Assembly: GCA_039028615.1 (NCBI GenBank)
Contig: JBCCHT010000047.1
Coordinates: 30,891 to 94,890 of the forward strand
From: Myxococcota bacterium
GTDB taxonomy: Bacteria; Myxococcota_A; Polyangia; Nannocystales; Nannocystaceae
Length of the DNA stretch: 64,000 nt
Direction: 5' to 3'
Part shown: positions 21,628-33,471 of the stretch, piece by piece
Numbering within the stretch: the stretch's first letter is position 1
How the letters are laid out: every line of letters starts with the position of its first letter
Made by a program: the position numbers and the translations under genes
Notes under the pieces: model-generated
Told to the model about the DNA's origin: nothing
Database searches by the model: none
The model's input: the letters and a program-made list of their open reading frames with translations, nothing else

Positions 21628-23688
21628 ATGGCACTCGATTGGCGTCACGTAGGACTCGGGTTGGCAATGAGCATGGGAGGGGCGTGCAAGACCACGCCCG
21701 TGACCCCGCCTGCGGGGCCGACCACGAGTGAAGAGACCAAAGCCGTGGGCGAGGTCGTGCACGCGGTGATGGACGAGGACGCCGACCCCTGCACCGACTT
21801 TTACCGGTACGCGTGCGGCCAGTGGCTCGACGAGACCACGATGCCAAGCGATCAGCCCCGCTACGGTCGCTTCAACGAGCTGCGCGAGCAGAACGAGGCC
21901 ACCCTCCGCGGGATCCTCGACGAGGCGGTGGCGGCCACCGATCCCGAGCCTGCGCAGGCCCAGCTCGGTACCTTCTACGGCAGCTGCCTCGATGAGCAGG
22001 GCGCCGAGACCAACGGCATCGCGGCCATCGAACCGCTGCTCGCTCGCATCGACGAGGCCAAGTCGCTCGACGACATGATGGTCGTCATCGCCGAGCTGCA
22101 GCAGTACGGCGCCCGGCCGCTGTTCAATCTCGACGTCGACGCGGACTACGACAATCCCGACATCAACGTCACCCACCTGGGCCAGTCCGGGCTCGGCATG
22201 CCCGACCGCAACTACTACCTCGAGGAGGGGGAGGCCCCCGAGGCGCTGCGCAAGGCCTACGCCGAGCATGTGGCCACCGTGCTCGCGGGGCTGGGCGACG
22301 AAGATGCGGCCCGGCTGGCCGAGAGCATCGTGGCGCTGGAGACCGAGCTGGCCAAGGTCTCGATTCCTCGCGACCAGATTCGCGACCCCGACAAGCGCCG
22401 CAACAAGACCACGCTGAAGGCCCTGAAGGCCATGACGCCCAAGCTGTCGTGGGATGGCTACCTGGCGGCAGTGGGCCGCCCGGACGTGAAGGACTTCAAC
22501 GTCGTCGCGCCGAGCTACATGAAGGCGATGGCGGGCATCATCGCCGACGCCAAGCCTCCCGTGCGTCGGGCCTACCTGCGCTGGCACCTCGCCCACGGCC
22601 TCGCCGAGCAGATGCCGCCCGCGTTCTCCACTGCCCACTACGAGTTCTTCGACAAGCGCCTCCGCGGCCAGGCCGAGCCCGCGCCGCGCTGGCGCACCTG
22701 CATCAAGGCCACCGACCGGGCGCTGGGCGAGAACCTGGGCCGCAAGTTCGTGGAGCAGCGCTTCGCCGGGCAAAACCGCCAGGTCGCCAACGACATGATC
22801 GCCCAGATCGAGGAGGCGTTCGCAGCCGGTCTGCCCGGTCTGGAGTGGATGGACGACCCGACCCGGCAGCGCGCGCTCGAGAAGATGCACGCGGTGGTCA
22901 ACAAGATCGGTCACCCGGAACAATGGCGGGACTACTCCTCGATGGAGCTGGGCACCGACCACCTCGCCAACGTGATGGCGGGGCGGCGCTTCGAGTGGCA
23001 GCGCCAGGCCAAGGAGATCGGCGAGGCGGTGGACCAGCAGCAGTGGCACATGACGCCCTCGACGGTGAACGCCTACTACAACCCCTCGTCCAACGAGATG
23101 GTGTTCCCGGCCGGCATCCTCCAGCCTCCGTTCTTCTCCGCCGACTACCCCATGGCGATGAACTTCGGCGGCATCGGGATGGTCATGGGCCACGAGCTGA
23201 CCCACGGCTTCGACGACAACGGCCGCAAGTTCGACGGCGACGGTCGCCTGACCGAGTGGTGGGGGGCCGACGCGGTCACCCGCTTCGAGGAGCGCGCCGC
23301 CTGTGTCGAAGAGCTCTATAGCGGCTACGAGGTCCAGCCCGGCGTGAACCTCAACGGCAAGCTGACCCTGGGCGAGAACATCGCCGACTTCGGCGGTATC
23401 CGTCAGGCCTTCGGGGCGTACCAGTCGTGGGCCGACAGCCAGGGGGGCAACGTCCCTCAGGTGGTCGAGGGGCTGACCAACGAGCAGCTGCTCTTCGTCT
23501 CGTTCGGCCAGATCTGGTGCTCGCACGCGACCCCCGAGGTCGAGCGCGTGCTGGCCACCACCGACAGCCACTCGCACCCCCGCTATCGGGTGAACGGACC
23601 GCTGTCCAACTACCCCGAGTTCTGGGAGGCGTTCTCCTGCGAAGAGGGGACGCCGATGCACCCGGCTAACGTCTGCCAGGTCTGGTAG
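21628..23688 (+). CDS. M13 (neprilysin/PepO) metallopeptidase, probable lipoprotein
   Basis: DPCTDFYRYACG, VNAYY, FPAGILQ, GHELTHGFD, GENIAD, HSHPRYRVNG. Confidence 0.96.
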   Translation: MALDWRHVGLGLAMSMGGACKTTPVTPPAGPTTSEETKAVGEVVHAVMDEDADPCTDFYRYACGQWLDETTMPSDQPRYGRFNELREQNEATLRGILDEAVAATDPEPAQAQLGTFYGSCLDEQGAETNGIAAIEPLLARIDEAKSLDDMMVVIAELQQYGARPLFNLDVDADYDNPDINVTHLGQSGLGMPDRNYYLEEGEAPEALRKAYAEHVATVLAGLGDEDAARLAESIVALETELAKVSIPRDQIRDPDKRRNKTTLKALKAMTPKLSWDGYLAAVGRPDVKDFNVVAPSYMKAMAGIIADAKPPVRRAYLRWHLAHGLAEQMPPAFSTAHYEFFDKRLRGQAEPAPRWRTCIKATDRALGENLGRKFVEQRFAGQNRQVANDMIAQIEEAFAAGLPGLEWMDDPTRQRALEKMHAVVNKIGHPEQWRDYSSMELGTDHLANVMAGRRFEWQRQAKEIGEAVDQQQWHMTPSTVNAYYNPSSNEMVFPAGILQPPFFSADYPMAMNFGGIGMVMGHELTHGFDDNGRKFDGDGRLTEWWGADAVTRFEERAACVEELYSGYEVQPGVNLNGKLTLGENIADFGGIRQAFGAYQSWADSQGGNVPQVVEGLTNEQLLFVSFGQIWCSHATPEVERVLATTDSHSHPRYRVNGPLSNYPEFWEAFSCEEGTPMHPANVCQVW

Positions 23689-23752
23689 CGGCGCCGCTGC
23701 GACGAATGGAGGGCCGAGTCGCCGTCGCCGAGACGACGACTCGGTCTTTTGT

Positions 23753-26218
23753 CTATTCGGTCTCTTCGGGGGCGGTGAAGCCGAAGATGACCTCGACGTC
23801 GAGGTCGGGGTCTTCCGCGATGTCCTGCTCGGTGAACAGCACCTTGCGCCAGTCCTTGTTGGAGAAGCGCTCCATCTGGTCGGTGTGGTACGGCGAGTCG
23901 GGATCGTCGGACTGACCGTAGGTGACGAAGGCATAAGCCTCCGGCACGCTGTCGGTGAAGGTCATCGCCATGACGTAGCTGCTGCCGTAGTTGACGACGT
24001 AGCCCTCGTCGGTGAGCCCGGTGACGGCGTTGATGACCTCACCGCGGCCCAGGCCTTCGGCCACCGTGGTCCGCAGGTTGTTGTAGATGATGAGGTTGGT
24101 GACGCCCTCGTTGCGGCCACCGCCGTGCACGGGGATGCGCTGGCCCGCGCGGACCGTGTACTGCACGTCGCCCAGCGCGGCGTCGACGGGGATGCCGGCC
24201 TTCTCGAGGCGAGCGACGGCCCCCGCGAGGGCCTCGAGGACGCGGTCGTCGGCGAGGTCATCGGCGGCGGGGGCCAGGGTGTGCGGCGTATCGACGGCGC
24301 TGATGGCATCGCCCTCGGGCCCCGGATCGAAGGGCACGGCGTAGAGCGCGCCAGCGTCGAAGTGGGTCTCGTCGTCGAAGTCCCCGAGGAACTCGCGCCA
24401 GACCACCGCGCCGACGCTGTCGAGGTCGAGTCGCTTGTCCCAGGAGCCGAGCACGGAGCAGGCCTCGCTGATGTCGTAGGACTGGCCGTCGAAGTTGGCG
24501 GAGCTCACCCCGGTGCAGCGCTCCACGACCTGGTCGACGAGCAGCTCGGCCTGCATGCCGCGGTTGCTGAGCACGGCGTCGCGGAGCTCTTCGAGGTTGA
24601 ACTTGCCGTCGGTGCCCGACATCGAGCCATCGCGGTCGAGCAGGGTGACCGCGTTCATGCGCGTGCGCGGGCTCCGGGGCGTGCGCTCGAAGCCGTGCAG
24701 CGGCGAGAAACCGGTGAGGGGCTCGAAGGGCGTGCTCAGCCAGTGGCTGTCGTTGGCGTTGAAGACGAAGTCGTTGCGCTCGACCTGGGGCAGCCGGGCG
24801 GCGGGGATGAGCCCCGGATCGCGAGCGCCGTCTTCTACGACCCAGTCGAAGGTCGAGCTGTCCCCGGGCAGCAGCACCAGACCGAAGTCGTCGAGCTGGA
24901 TGGTGAAGAAGTCCTCCTCACGCGCCTCGAGCCAGTGGTCGATGGCCTCCTGGGTGAGGTTGGGCGTGGGCGTGGCGTCGGTATAGAACGCGCGCCCGTC
25001 CCGGCTGGAGGCGATGGTGTTGACCCACGGGATGCCCTTGATGTCCTGGTGCACCTGCTTGAACTCGTCGAGGCTCGACGCCATGTTCATGCCGATGAAC
25101 TGAGGGATCATCGCCTGGTTGTTCTCGTTGGCGTCGCGAATGGCGAAGGCCAGGGTGGGCAGCTCGAGCCCCGGCAGCGCGGCGAGCGAGCCCTGGTGGG
25201 TGCGATAGAAGGTGTGGCTGGTGGTGGTGATCGAGCCGTCTTCTTCCAGGACCTGCACTTCCTGGACGTCGGGCTCCATGTCCCGGAACTCGCCATCGAA
25301 CATGTAACGGGTGCGATCGTTGGGATCGACGGTGAGCTGGTAGACGGTCAGCCGCTGGCCGTCGGAGACGGTGTGGGTCCAGGCCACGTCGTTGTTGAAG
25401 CCGATGAGCGTGCCCACTACGCCCATGAGTCCCGCGCCGTAGACGTCGAGCTGGCCCGGGACCCGCAGGTGGCTCTCGTAGAGCTTCAGCTCGCCTTCCC
25501 AGGGAAAGTGCGGGTTGGCGACGAGCATGCCGTGGCCGTTCTCGGAGCGCTCGGCCCCGATGCCCCAGCCGTTGCTGCCCGGGCGCTCGCGCAGCCTGGC
25601 GATCGCGGCCATGGGGTCGGCCTCGAGGTTGGCGGGCAGGTCGTCGGGCGGGAGGAGGAAGTCGTGCGCCTGGCGGTTGCTGGCCAGCGTGCCCAGCTCG
25701 ATGTAGTGGGCGAACAGGTCGACGCTGTCGATGGGACGCAGCCACTCCTCTTCGCCGCAGGGCAGGGACTCGCCGTTGGTCGTGATGTAGTCGTTGTAGC
25801 CCGCGGCGTAGCCGTCGAGCATGGAGCGGACCTGCTCGTCGAGGTTGGGCAGGCCCTCTTCGGCCTTTTGGTAGACGCCCAGGTGCTTGTGCACGAGGTC
25901 GCTGCGCACGTGCTCGTTGTCTTCGCCGCGGCCGAGCATCAGCGCCCGCTCGGAGCGAACCTTGAGCACCTGGTCGGCAAGGATGCAGCCGTTGAGGCGG
26001 GCGAAGGCCCAGCCCTGGCCGTAGGCGGCGCTGGGCAGGTCGGCGGCGAGGATGTGCGGGATGCCGTTGCCCGTCCAGCGGACCACGGCGCGATAGGTGT
26101 AGCCCTCGGGCTCGAGCTCGATCGGGTTGAGGCAGCTGCCCATGCCCAAGCCCACGACGCCCAGCGCAAGCAGACGCAAACCACGAATCGAAGAGGAGGC
26201 ACGAGCCGAACGAGACAT
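23753..26218 (-). CDS. Ntn-hydrolase acylase (penicillin acylase / PvdQ-type AHL acylase family), lipoprotein
   Basis: [14 protein letters not shown], catalytic [40 protein letters not shown] lipobox. Confidence 0.92.
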   Translation of the reverse strand: MSRSARASSSIRGLRLLALGVVGLGMGSCLNPIELEPEGYTYRAVVRWTGNGIPHILAADLPSAAYGQGWAFARLNGCILADQVLKVRSERALMLGRGEDNEHVRSDLVHKHLGVYQKAEEGLPNLDEQVRSMLDGYAAGYNDYITTNGESLPCGEEEWLRPIDSVDLFAHYIELGTLASNRQAHDFLLPPDDLPANLEADPMAAIARLRERPGSNGWGIGAERSENGHGMLVANPHFPWEGELKLYESHLRVPGQLDVYGAGLMGVVGTLIGFNNDVAWTHTVSDGQRLTVYQLTVDPNDRTRYMFDGEFRDMEPDVQEVQVLEEDGSITTTSHTFYRTHQGSLAALPGLELPTLAFAIRDANENNQAMIPQFIGMNMASSLDEFKQVHQDIKGIPWVNTIASSRDGRAFYTDATPTPNLTQEAIDHWLEAREEDFFTIQLDDFGLVLLPGDSSTFDWVVEDGARDPGLIPAARLPQVERNDFVFNANDSHWLSTPFEPLTGFSPLHGFERTPRSPRTRMNAVTLLDRDGSMSGTDGKFNLEELRDAVLSNRGMQAELLVDQVVERCTGVSSANFDGQSYDISEACSVLGSWDKRLDLDSVGAVVWREFLGDFDDETHFDAGALYAVPFDPGPEGDAISAVDTPHTLAPAADDLADDRVLEALAGAVARLEKAGIPVDAALGDVQYTVRAGQRIPVHGGGRNEGVTNLIIYNNLRTTVAEGLGRGEVINAVTGLTDEGYVVNYGSSYVMAMTFTDSVPEAYAFVTYGQSDDPDSPYHTDQMERFSNKDWRKVLFTEQDIAEDPDLDVEVIFGFTAPEETE

Positions 26219-26296
26219 CGCCGACCAGGCTATGCGCCGCAGGGCCGGCCGGTCAACGCATCCCGGGTTTTCGGGCGCGGCCGAGTGTGGGCTCGT

Positions 26297-26698
26297 TTAG
26301 CCTTTGGGGGTGAACGCGCTGGCGTCGAAGCCGTGGGGCAAAAGATCCCGCACGGCGACGCGGCGCTGGCTGTCCCGGTTGGCGAGGATGACCTCGGCGT
26401 CGCGAGCGAATTCCCACAGGGTCTGGCGGCATGCTCCGCAGGGGTAGGTCAGGTCGGCGGCTTCGGTGACTATCGCGATGCGCTCGACCTTGCCCATGTG
26501 GTGCGTGAGCCCGTGATACAGGGCGACCCGCTCGGCACACAGCCCGAGGTTGTAGCTGGCGTTCTCGACGTTGGCCCCAGTGAAGGTCTGGCCGGCGTCG
26601 TCGAGCAGCGCCACCCCCACCGCAAAGCCGCTGAACGTGCATACGGCCCGTTCGCGGACATCCCAGGCGAGTGCGAGGAGCTCGTCGTCGGTCACCAT
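26297..26698 (-). CDS. cdd: Cytidine deaminase (tetrameric type)
   Basis: SGFAVG, GANVENASY..GLCAER, PCGACRQ, LLPHGF. Confidence 0.93.
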   Translation of the reverse strand: MVTDDELLALAWDVRERAVCTFSGFAVGVALLDDAGQTFTGANVENASYNLGLCAERVALYHGLTHHMGKVERIAIVTEAADLTYPCGACRQTLWEFARDAEVILANRDSQRRVAVRDLLPHGFDASAFTPKG

Positions 26699-26706
26699 GC
26701 CGCAGC

Positions 26707-29259
26707 TCAGGTCGACGAGCCCGAGTCCGACGAATCGTCGTCGGTCGACGGGGGCGGAGGCGGAGGCGAGGTGCGAGACGGGGGCACCGAGGGCGGCGTG
26801 GCGACCCCGGGAGTGGCTTGCGGGGCGGCGGTCACCGCTCGCGTGGCGGGGCGCTTGGGCGCGTCGGACTCCGCCGAGTCGGTGGGCGTGGGCTGTGTGT
26901 CGCCGCGCAACGGCGGAGTGGTGCTGCTGCCCGGGCCGACGGGAGGCGGGGGCGGAACGGCGGCGCCGTCGGAGGTCTTGGGAGGAGGCGGAACCGCTGG
27001 CGCGTCGGTCCCCTTCGACGAAGGCACGGGCGGCGGCGACGTCTTGCCGTTGCCCACGGGCGGGGCGATGGGCGGTGGCGTCGGCCGAGAACCGTTCGGC
27101 GTGCCCACGACCGGCGGTCGGGTGCTCTTGGGCGGCGGAGGAGGCTCGGCCGCCGCCGCGGCCGGAGCGGGAGGGGGCGTGACCGCGGGGGCTGGGTTGG
27201 CGCTGGCGGCCGCGGAATCCTGGGGCGGCGTGGGTACGGGACCCGATGCCGTGTTGCCCGTGCGGACCGGGATCGGCCCGGAGCCGTCGCCGTCGGGCAC
27301 GGGAGCCGCGGGCGCGGGACCCGAGCTGGCCTTGGCCGGCGGCGGGGCCACGGGCATCGGCCCCGACCCCGCGGCGGGCGACGGCGGCATGGGACTCGGC
27401 GCGGTGCCTCCGGGCGGCGGTGCGGTGGAGATCGGAGCGGAGCCGGTCGGTGCTACCGCCTCGGGGGCTGGCGTGGGCACGCCCGGCGCCGACGGAGTGG
27501 GCAGCTGGGGAATGGTGGCGTGGCGTCGAGAACGACGCGAGCCCTTGGCTTCGGGAGCGGGCTCGGGGGGCACCACCGGTACGGGCATCGTGTTGCCGCG
27601 CAGCGGGGTGGGATCGGTGGGCCCGGGCGGAGGACCGACGACGGTGCCGCCCGACTCGGGGGCGGTGGGCGCAGGCGCGATCGCGGTCTGGGTGGTGATC
27701 GCACCGCTGAGCGAGGCCCCTTCGCGTGGCCGAGCGGCGTCGGGCTCGGGCTCGGGCTCGGACTCCGACGGCGCCACGTTGCTCGTGGTGGTGCTGATCA
27801 GCGTGCGCCGAGGATCGATCGCGGGCTGCTGGGGCGCGGAGGCGGGCGCCGTCGACGGCGGCGTGAACGAGGGCATGCTCGTAGAGATCAGCGTGCGCCG
27901 GTTCTCGAGGCTGTTTTCGTCGTCCTCGTCCTCGTCGTCGGGGTCGAGCAGCGAGTCGAGCATGCCCGAGTTGCGTGCCGCCACCTCGGCCAGATCGGTC
28001 AAGTCGGTAAGGTCGGGGACCTGCGGCGGCGCGGTGCGAGCGGTGGCGAGGTCGGCCGTGGTCTGGCGCAGGCGGTCGGCCAGCACGCGTACGAAGCTCC
28101 ACAGCAGCTTGACCGCCAGCGCGGGCTCGCGCCGCAGCACGTTGTAGAAGTCGTCGCGCTGGATCGACAGCAGCTTGCCGGGCTCGGTGACGATGGCGGT
28201 GGCCGATCGTGCCTCGGAGTCGATGAGCGACATCTCGCCCAGGTGGGCTCCGCCGCCGACTTCGGCGACCGCGACCCCTTCGCGATAAAGCTCCACGCGG
28301 CCCCGCAGCAGCACGAGCAGCTCCTGGCCGGGCTCGCCTTCCTCGAAGAGCCGGTCGTCTTCCTCGATGACGCTCTGCTTGGACAGGTTGATGACGCGGA
28401 CGAGCTGCTGGTAGCTCAGCTCTCGGAACAGCGGGACCGTCTTGAGGATGTCGAGGGTGAAGTTGAGCTCGGCCGCTCGATCCTGGTCGTTGTCGTCGCC
28501 CGCGACCTGCACCACCACCGCGGTGATGTTGTCCTTGCCGCCGCGCTTGTTGGCGGAGTCGATGAGCATGCCGGGGACTTCGCGGAGCTCGGGCAAGCCG
28601 ATGGTGTTCGCGATGTCGTCGTCGCTCAGGTACTCGTAGAGCCCGTCGCTGCACAGCATGAACGAGTCGCCGGGGATGACGTCGAAGTCGAGGGTGTCGA
28701 CCTCGACGCTCTCGTAGACCCCGACCGCCCGGGTCATGGCGTTCTTGAGGTTGGCGTAGGGGCTGGTCTCGAACTCTTCGGCGGTGATCTTGCCCATGCG
28801 GATCAGCTCGTTGCGGAGGCTGTGATCCTCGGTGAGCTGATAGACGATGCCGCCGCGCAGCAGGTAGATGCGACTGTCGCCGACGTAGGCGATGAACCCG
28901 CGATCGCCGATGAAGAGCAGGGCGACCAGGGTGGTGCCCATGCCCCGCTTTTCGGGCTCGCGACGCGCCTTGTGGAAGATCTGCGCGCACGCGTGGTGCA
29001 CCGCGTACTCGAGCAGCGTGCAGACCTCGACGTGCGACTTGGGATCGTCGTCGTCGTAGGTGTCGAAGATGTCCCGCTCGCGGTTGATGACGTCGCGGAT
29101 CTCGTGGACCGCCATCGCGCTGGCGACCTCGCCCGAGGCGTGCCCGCCCATGCCATCGGCCACGATGAAGAGCTTGAGGCGCTTGTCGATGAGGAAGTTG
29201 TCCTCGTTATCGCTGCGCTTGCGGCCGACGTCGGTGCCGGCCCAGTAGTTGATCTCCAT
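26707..29259 (-). CDS. PP2C Ser/Thr phosphatase with cyclic-nucleotide-binding domain and long Pro-rich tail
   Basis: TDVGRKRSDNED, VADGMGGH, VGDSR, LCSDGL, DNIT; then VPLF..L...GEMSLID..ARSATA cNMP motif. Confidence 0.92.
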   Translation of the reverse strand: MEINYWAGTDVGRKRSDNEDNFLIDKRLKLFIVADGMGGHASGEVASAMAVHEIRDVINRERDIFDTYDDDDPKSHVEVCTLLEYAVHHACAQIFHKARREPEKRGMGTTLVALLFIGDRGFIAYVGDSRIYLLRGGIVYQLTEDHSLRNELIRMGKITAEEFETSPYANLKNAMTRAVGVYESVEVDTLDFDVIPGDSFMLCSDGLYEYLSDDDIANTIGLPELREVPGMLIDSANKRGGKDNITAVVVQVAGDDNDQDRAAELNFTLDILKTVPLFRELSYQQLVRVINLSKQSVIEEDDRLFEEGEPGQELLVLLRGRVELYREGVAVAEVGGGAHLGEMSLIDSEARSATAIVTEPGKLLSIQRDDFYNVLRREPALAVKLLWSFVRVLADRLRQTTADLATARTAPPQVPDLTDLTDLAEVAARNSGMLDSLLDPDDEDEDDENSLENRRTLISTSMPSFTPPSTAPASAPQQPAIDPRRTLISTTTSNVAPSESEPEPEPDAARPREGASLSGAITTQTAIAPAPTAPESGGTVVGPPPGPTDPTPLRGNTMPVPVVPPEPAPEAKGSRRSRRHATIPQLPTPSAPGVPTPAPEAVAPTGSAPISTAPPPGGTAPSPMPPSPAAGSGPMPVAPPPAKASSGPAPAAPVPDGDGSGPIPVRTGNTASGPVPTPPQDSAAASANPAPAVTPPPAPAAAAAEPPPPPKSTRPPVVGTPNGSRPTPPPIAPPVGNGKTSPPPVPSSKGTDAPAVPPPPKTSDGAAVPPPPPVGPGSSTTPPLRGDTQPTPTDSAESDAPKRPATRAVTAAPQATPGVATPPSVPPSRTSPPPPPPSTDDDSSDSGSST

Positions 29260-29482
29260 GCGCGGGGGAGGAAGGGGCGAGGGGAAGCGGAGGTCTTGGT
29301 TGGGGCGTGCTGGCGATGCCAGCCGGTGGTGGCCCCGTGGTGGTGCCTGGCGGGAGGCAGGCGCCTAGAGAATAGAGTGTTTTTCCGCGCAGCGCAGCGC
29401 GGGCCGCTCACCAGGACGCCAGGGCCGGATCCGGCCTCTCAGTGGCAGTCCGCACCCCTTCTCGAGGCACCAGCAGCGGTCT

Positions 29483-30655
29483 TTACAGGTCGTCGACGGC
29501 GATGAACAGCGAACGCAGAGGACGGGTCGCCGCGTCGAGCCGAGGAAGGGTCACCCGCAGGTTGCCCAGCTCGGCGCGCGAGCGCGGCAGGCCATCGAGC
29601 CACGAGCCATCGGGGAGGTCGAGGTCGACGGGGTCGGGATCGTCCTTGCATTCTTCGACAGGGACGGCATCGAGGTCGGCCAGGAGGCTCTCGTCGAGGG
29701 GATTGTCCTCGCCGCGCAGGGCCGGGTCGCGCCCCAGATACTCGACATAGGCGTTGCCCAGCCCGAGCTCGCGCGCGGCACAGAGCCGGTGCCGAAGGGT
29801 CTCGGCGGCCGAGGAGACCCCGCGGGCCACGACGTGCACGGCGAGCGTACCGGGCTGGAGCCGTCGCTGCGCGAGGCTGGGAGGCAAGGCGACGAACAAC
29901 GTGGGGTCGGTCTCGTCGCGGGCCATCAGCACCATGCGATGGGGCAGGCCGGGGCCACCGAGCAGCAGCCCCTTCAGCGGTGGCCGTTGCATGCGCTCGC
30001 TGGTGGTCTGCACCGCGGGGGTGGAGGGAGATCGCGGCGGATCTTCACGCAGGCGACGGCGCATGCCGGCCCGACCGATTTCGGGGCGTAGGCGATCGAG
30101 CGCGGGGCCGTCGTCGAAGAGCAGGCCGTCCAACGCGAACGCGGGGAGCCGCAGCACGGAGCCGCCCTCGGGGGCGCGCAGCTCGTTGAGCCGCTCGGTC
30201 TGCTCGATGACCGCCTGGCGTGCACAACGATCGTCGAGCGCGGCCTTCAGGACGTCGGCCGAGACGCGGAGTTCCTTGGCCAGCGCCTCGTGGGAATCGG
30301 GGTCGACCAATCGTGCGTGCAGCCGCTCGAGCCCGTCGCGCGCGACCACTCGCAGGGCGGAGGTCGTGTGCCCGCGGGCGGCGAGCGACGTGACGAAGGC
30401 TCGCACGCGCAGCGCCATGGGACTGGTGATGCCGCCTCGGCCGACCCAGTGCACCTGCAAGGCGAGCTCGCCCGCATGCTCGGCCACCAGGCGGCGCAGC
30501 TCCATCCATGCCCGTGCCGTTTGAGACGACGCGGGGTCGAGGAAGACCTCGACCGTGGACGTCGCCGAGGCCGCGCCGACTCGCTGACCCTCGGCGGGGA
30601 TCTCGACACACGCGGGCGGCGAGGCGAGAGCGAGCAAAAAAGGCAGGGCGATCAT
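29483..30655 (-). CDS. Exported DsbA/thioredoxin-fold-like protein lacking CxxC
   Basis: Signal peptide; RVGAASATSTVEVFLDPASSQTARAW resembles G...A.VTVVEF.D..CP.C; LPAFALDG resembles TP.F.ING. Confidence 0.45.
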   Translation of the reverse strand: MIALPFLLALASPPACVEIPAEGQRVGAASATSTVEVFLDPASSQTARAWMELRRLVAEHAGELALQVHWVGRGGITSPMALRVRAFVTSLAARGHTTSALRVVARDGLERLHARLVDPDSHEALAKELRVSADVLKAALDDRCARQAVIEQTERLNELRAPEGGSVLRLPAFALDGLLFDDGPALDRLRPEIGRAGMRRRLREDPPRSPSTPAVQTTSERMQRPPLKGLLLGGPGLPHRMVLMARDETDPTLFVALPPSLAQRRLQPGTLAVHVVARGVSSAAETLRHRLCAARELGLGNAYVEYLGRDPALRGEDNPLDESLLADLDAVPVEECKDDPDPVDLDLPDGSWLDGLPRSRAELGNLRVTLPRLDAATRPLRSLFIAVDDL

Positions 30656-30928
30656 CGGGAGGAACAGCTTGACCCGCTCCGGCCTCGGGAGCAAGAGCCG
30701 CGGCGGTTCGTGTTGATCCAGCCGCCTTCCGTTTCGTTGCGTCTCGCTCAGATCGACCGTGCGATGGGGAGCCGAAATCGATGAGAACCATGATCGATTC
30801 ATGCCGCGTCGTTCGGTGACGGCGGAAGCAATCGTGTCACGTCGATTCGAAGCCTCGAAGTGCACGCGAAGAGCTCACCTTCCCGTCACCCACGGGTGCA
30901 CGAACGGGGGTAGCCTTTGCGCATCGAC

Positions 30929-32248
<1,320 letters not shown>

Positions 32249-32272
32249 GCCGAGCGCCCAGGGGCTCGCGGG

Positions 32273-33028
32273 TCACTCGAGACGAGTGAGCACCTCGGCT
32301 CCGTCGGCGGTCACCGCCACCGTGTGCTCGAACTGAGCGGTGGGCGAGCCGTCGGCGGTCACCACGGTCCAGCCGTCGTCGAGAAACTCGATGCGCGGCT
32401 GGCCGAGCGTGATCATCGGCTCGATGGTGAAGGTCATGCCCGGGCGGAGTCTCGGGCCGCGCCCGGCCGGGCCGTGATGATCGACGTGCGGAGGCATGTG
32501 CATCGATCGTCCGATTCCGTGTCCGCCGAGCTGCCGGACCACGCCGCAGCCCTCGCGTCGGGCCAGCGCTTCGATGGCCGCGCCCACGTCTCCCAGGCGC
32601 CCGCCTGGGCGCACGGCGGCGATGCCCGCGGCCAAGCCTCGCTGGGCGACGTCGACCACGTGCAGAGCGTCGGGGGAGGGTTCACCCACGCAGACGGTGA
32701 TCGACGTATCGCCGTGGAAGCCCTCGAACTCGGAGGTGACGTCGACATTGATGATGTCGCCGTCGTCGATGGTCTCGTCGGGGCTGGGGATCCCGTGGCA
32801 GACCACGTGGTTGCGGCTGGTGCAGACCGCGGCGGGGAAGCCCTTGTAGCCGAGCTGACTGGGGCGAGCGCCGCGGGCGGCCGTGTCACTGCGGACCCAA
32901 GCATCGACCTGCGCGGTGCAGATGCCGGGGCGGATGCGAGCCGTCACCGCGCGTAGGGTCTGGGCCGCGACTCGTCCCGCGCGGCGCATGGCGGCCATCT
33001 CGGCCGGGCCGTGGATCACGATTGCCAT
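32273..33028 (-). CDS. map: Methionine aminopeptidase type I
   Basis: GYKGFP, CTSRNHVVCHGIP, DIINVDVT, HGDTS, GHGIG, FTIEPMI, AQFEHT. Confidence 0.95.
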   Translation of the reverse strand: MAIVIHGPAEMAAMRRAGRVAAQTLRAVTARIRPGICTAQVDAWVRSDTAARGARPSQLGYKGFPAAVCTSRNHVVCHGIPSPDETIDDGDIINVDVTSEFEGFHGDTSITVCVGEPSPDALHVVDVAQRGLAAGIAAVRPGGRLGDVGAAIEALARREGCGVVRQLGGHGIGRSMHMPPHVDHHGPAGRGPRLRPGMTFTIEPMITLGQPRIEFLDDGWTVVTADGSPTAQFEHTVAVTADGAEVLTRLE

Positions 33029-33066
33029 CGCGCCCCAGCCTGAGCCGCAGGCGCGCGCCCGGTCCA

Positions 33067-33081
33067 ATACCGATTGAGCAT
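33067..33081. promoter_or_regulatory. LysR-type binding box
   Basis: ATAC-N7-GCAT (T-N11-A) between divergent map and LysR HTH gene. Confidence 0.55.
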
Positions 33082-33118
33082 CACCCGGGCGCGCCGGACG
33101 TGGTACTGCTGAACGACC

Positions 33119-33445
33119 ATGTCGCTGGTTCAGCTCGAGTCGTTCGTCGCGGTGGCCGAGGAAGAGCACGTCGGGCGAGCGGCGCGTCGCCTGCACCTGA
33201 GCCAGCCTCCGCTCACGCGACGGATCCAGAGCCTGGAGGACGAGCTCGGTCTCGAGCTGTTCGAGCGGACGCCCCGGGGGATGCGGCTTCGACCGGCGGG
33301 GCAGCGGCTATTGCCTCGGGCGCGCGAGATCCTGGCTCGCGTGGATGCGCTCCCGGCGTTGCTGCGCGCGCCCGACGACGACGCGGCCCAACCTTCGTTC
33401 GGGCCGCCCGAGCACGGCGTGGCTTCTCCCGGCGATCTCCGCTAG
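33119..33445 (+). CDS. LysR-family HTH-only regulator (no effector domain)
   Basis: QLESFVAVAEEEHVGRAARRLHLSQPPLTRRIQSLEDELGLELFERT; stops at 108 aa. Confidence 0.8.
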   Translation: MSLVQLESFVAVAEEEHVGRAARRLHLSQPPLTRRIQSLEDELGLELFERTPRGMRLRPAGQRLLPRAREILARVDALPALLRAPDDDAAQPSFGPPEHGVASPGDLR

Positions 33446-33471
33446 CGGCGAGGGGGTATGGTCCCCCCCGC

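Noticed and set aside
23885..28147. 1420-aa plus-strand ORF
   Set aside because: Antisense shadow of acylase, cdd and phosphatase genes, as expected in high-GC DNA.
26297..28990. 897-aa ORF ending in a cytidine deaminase (apparent fusion)
   Set aside because: Upstream part is an Arg-rich off-frame read of the phosphatase; cdd has its own ATG at 26698.
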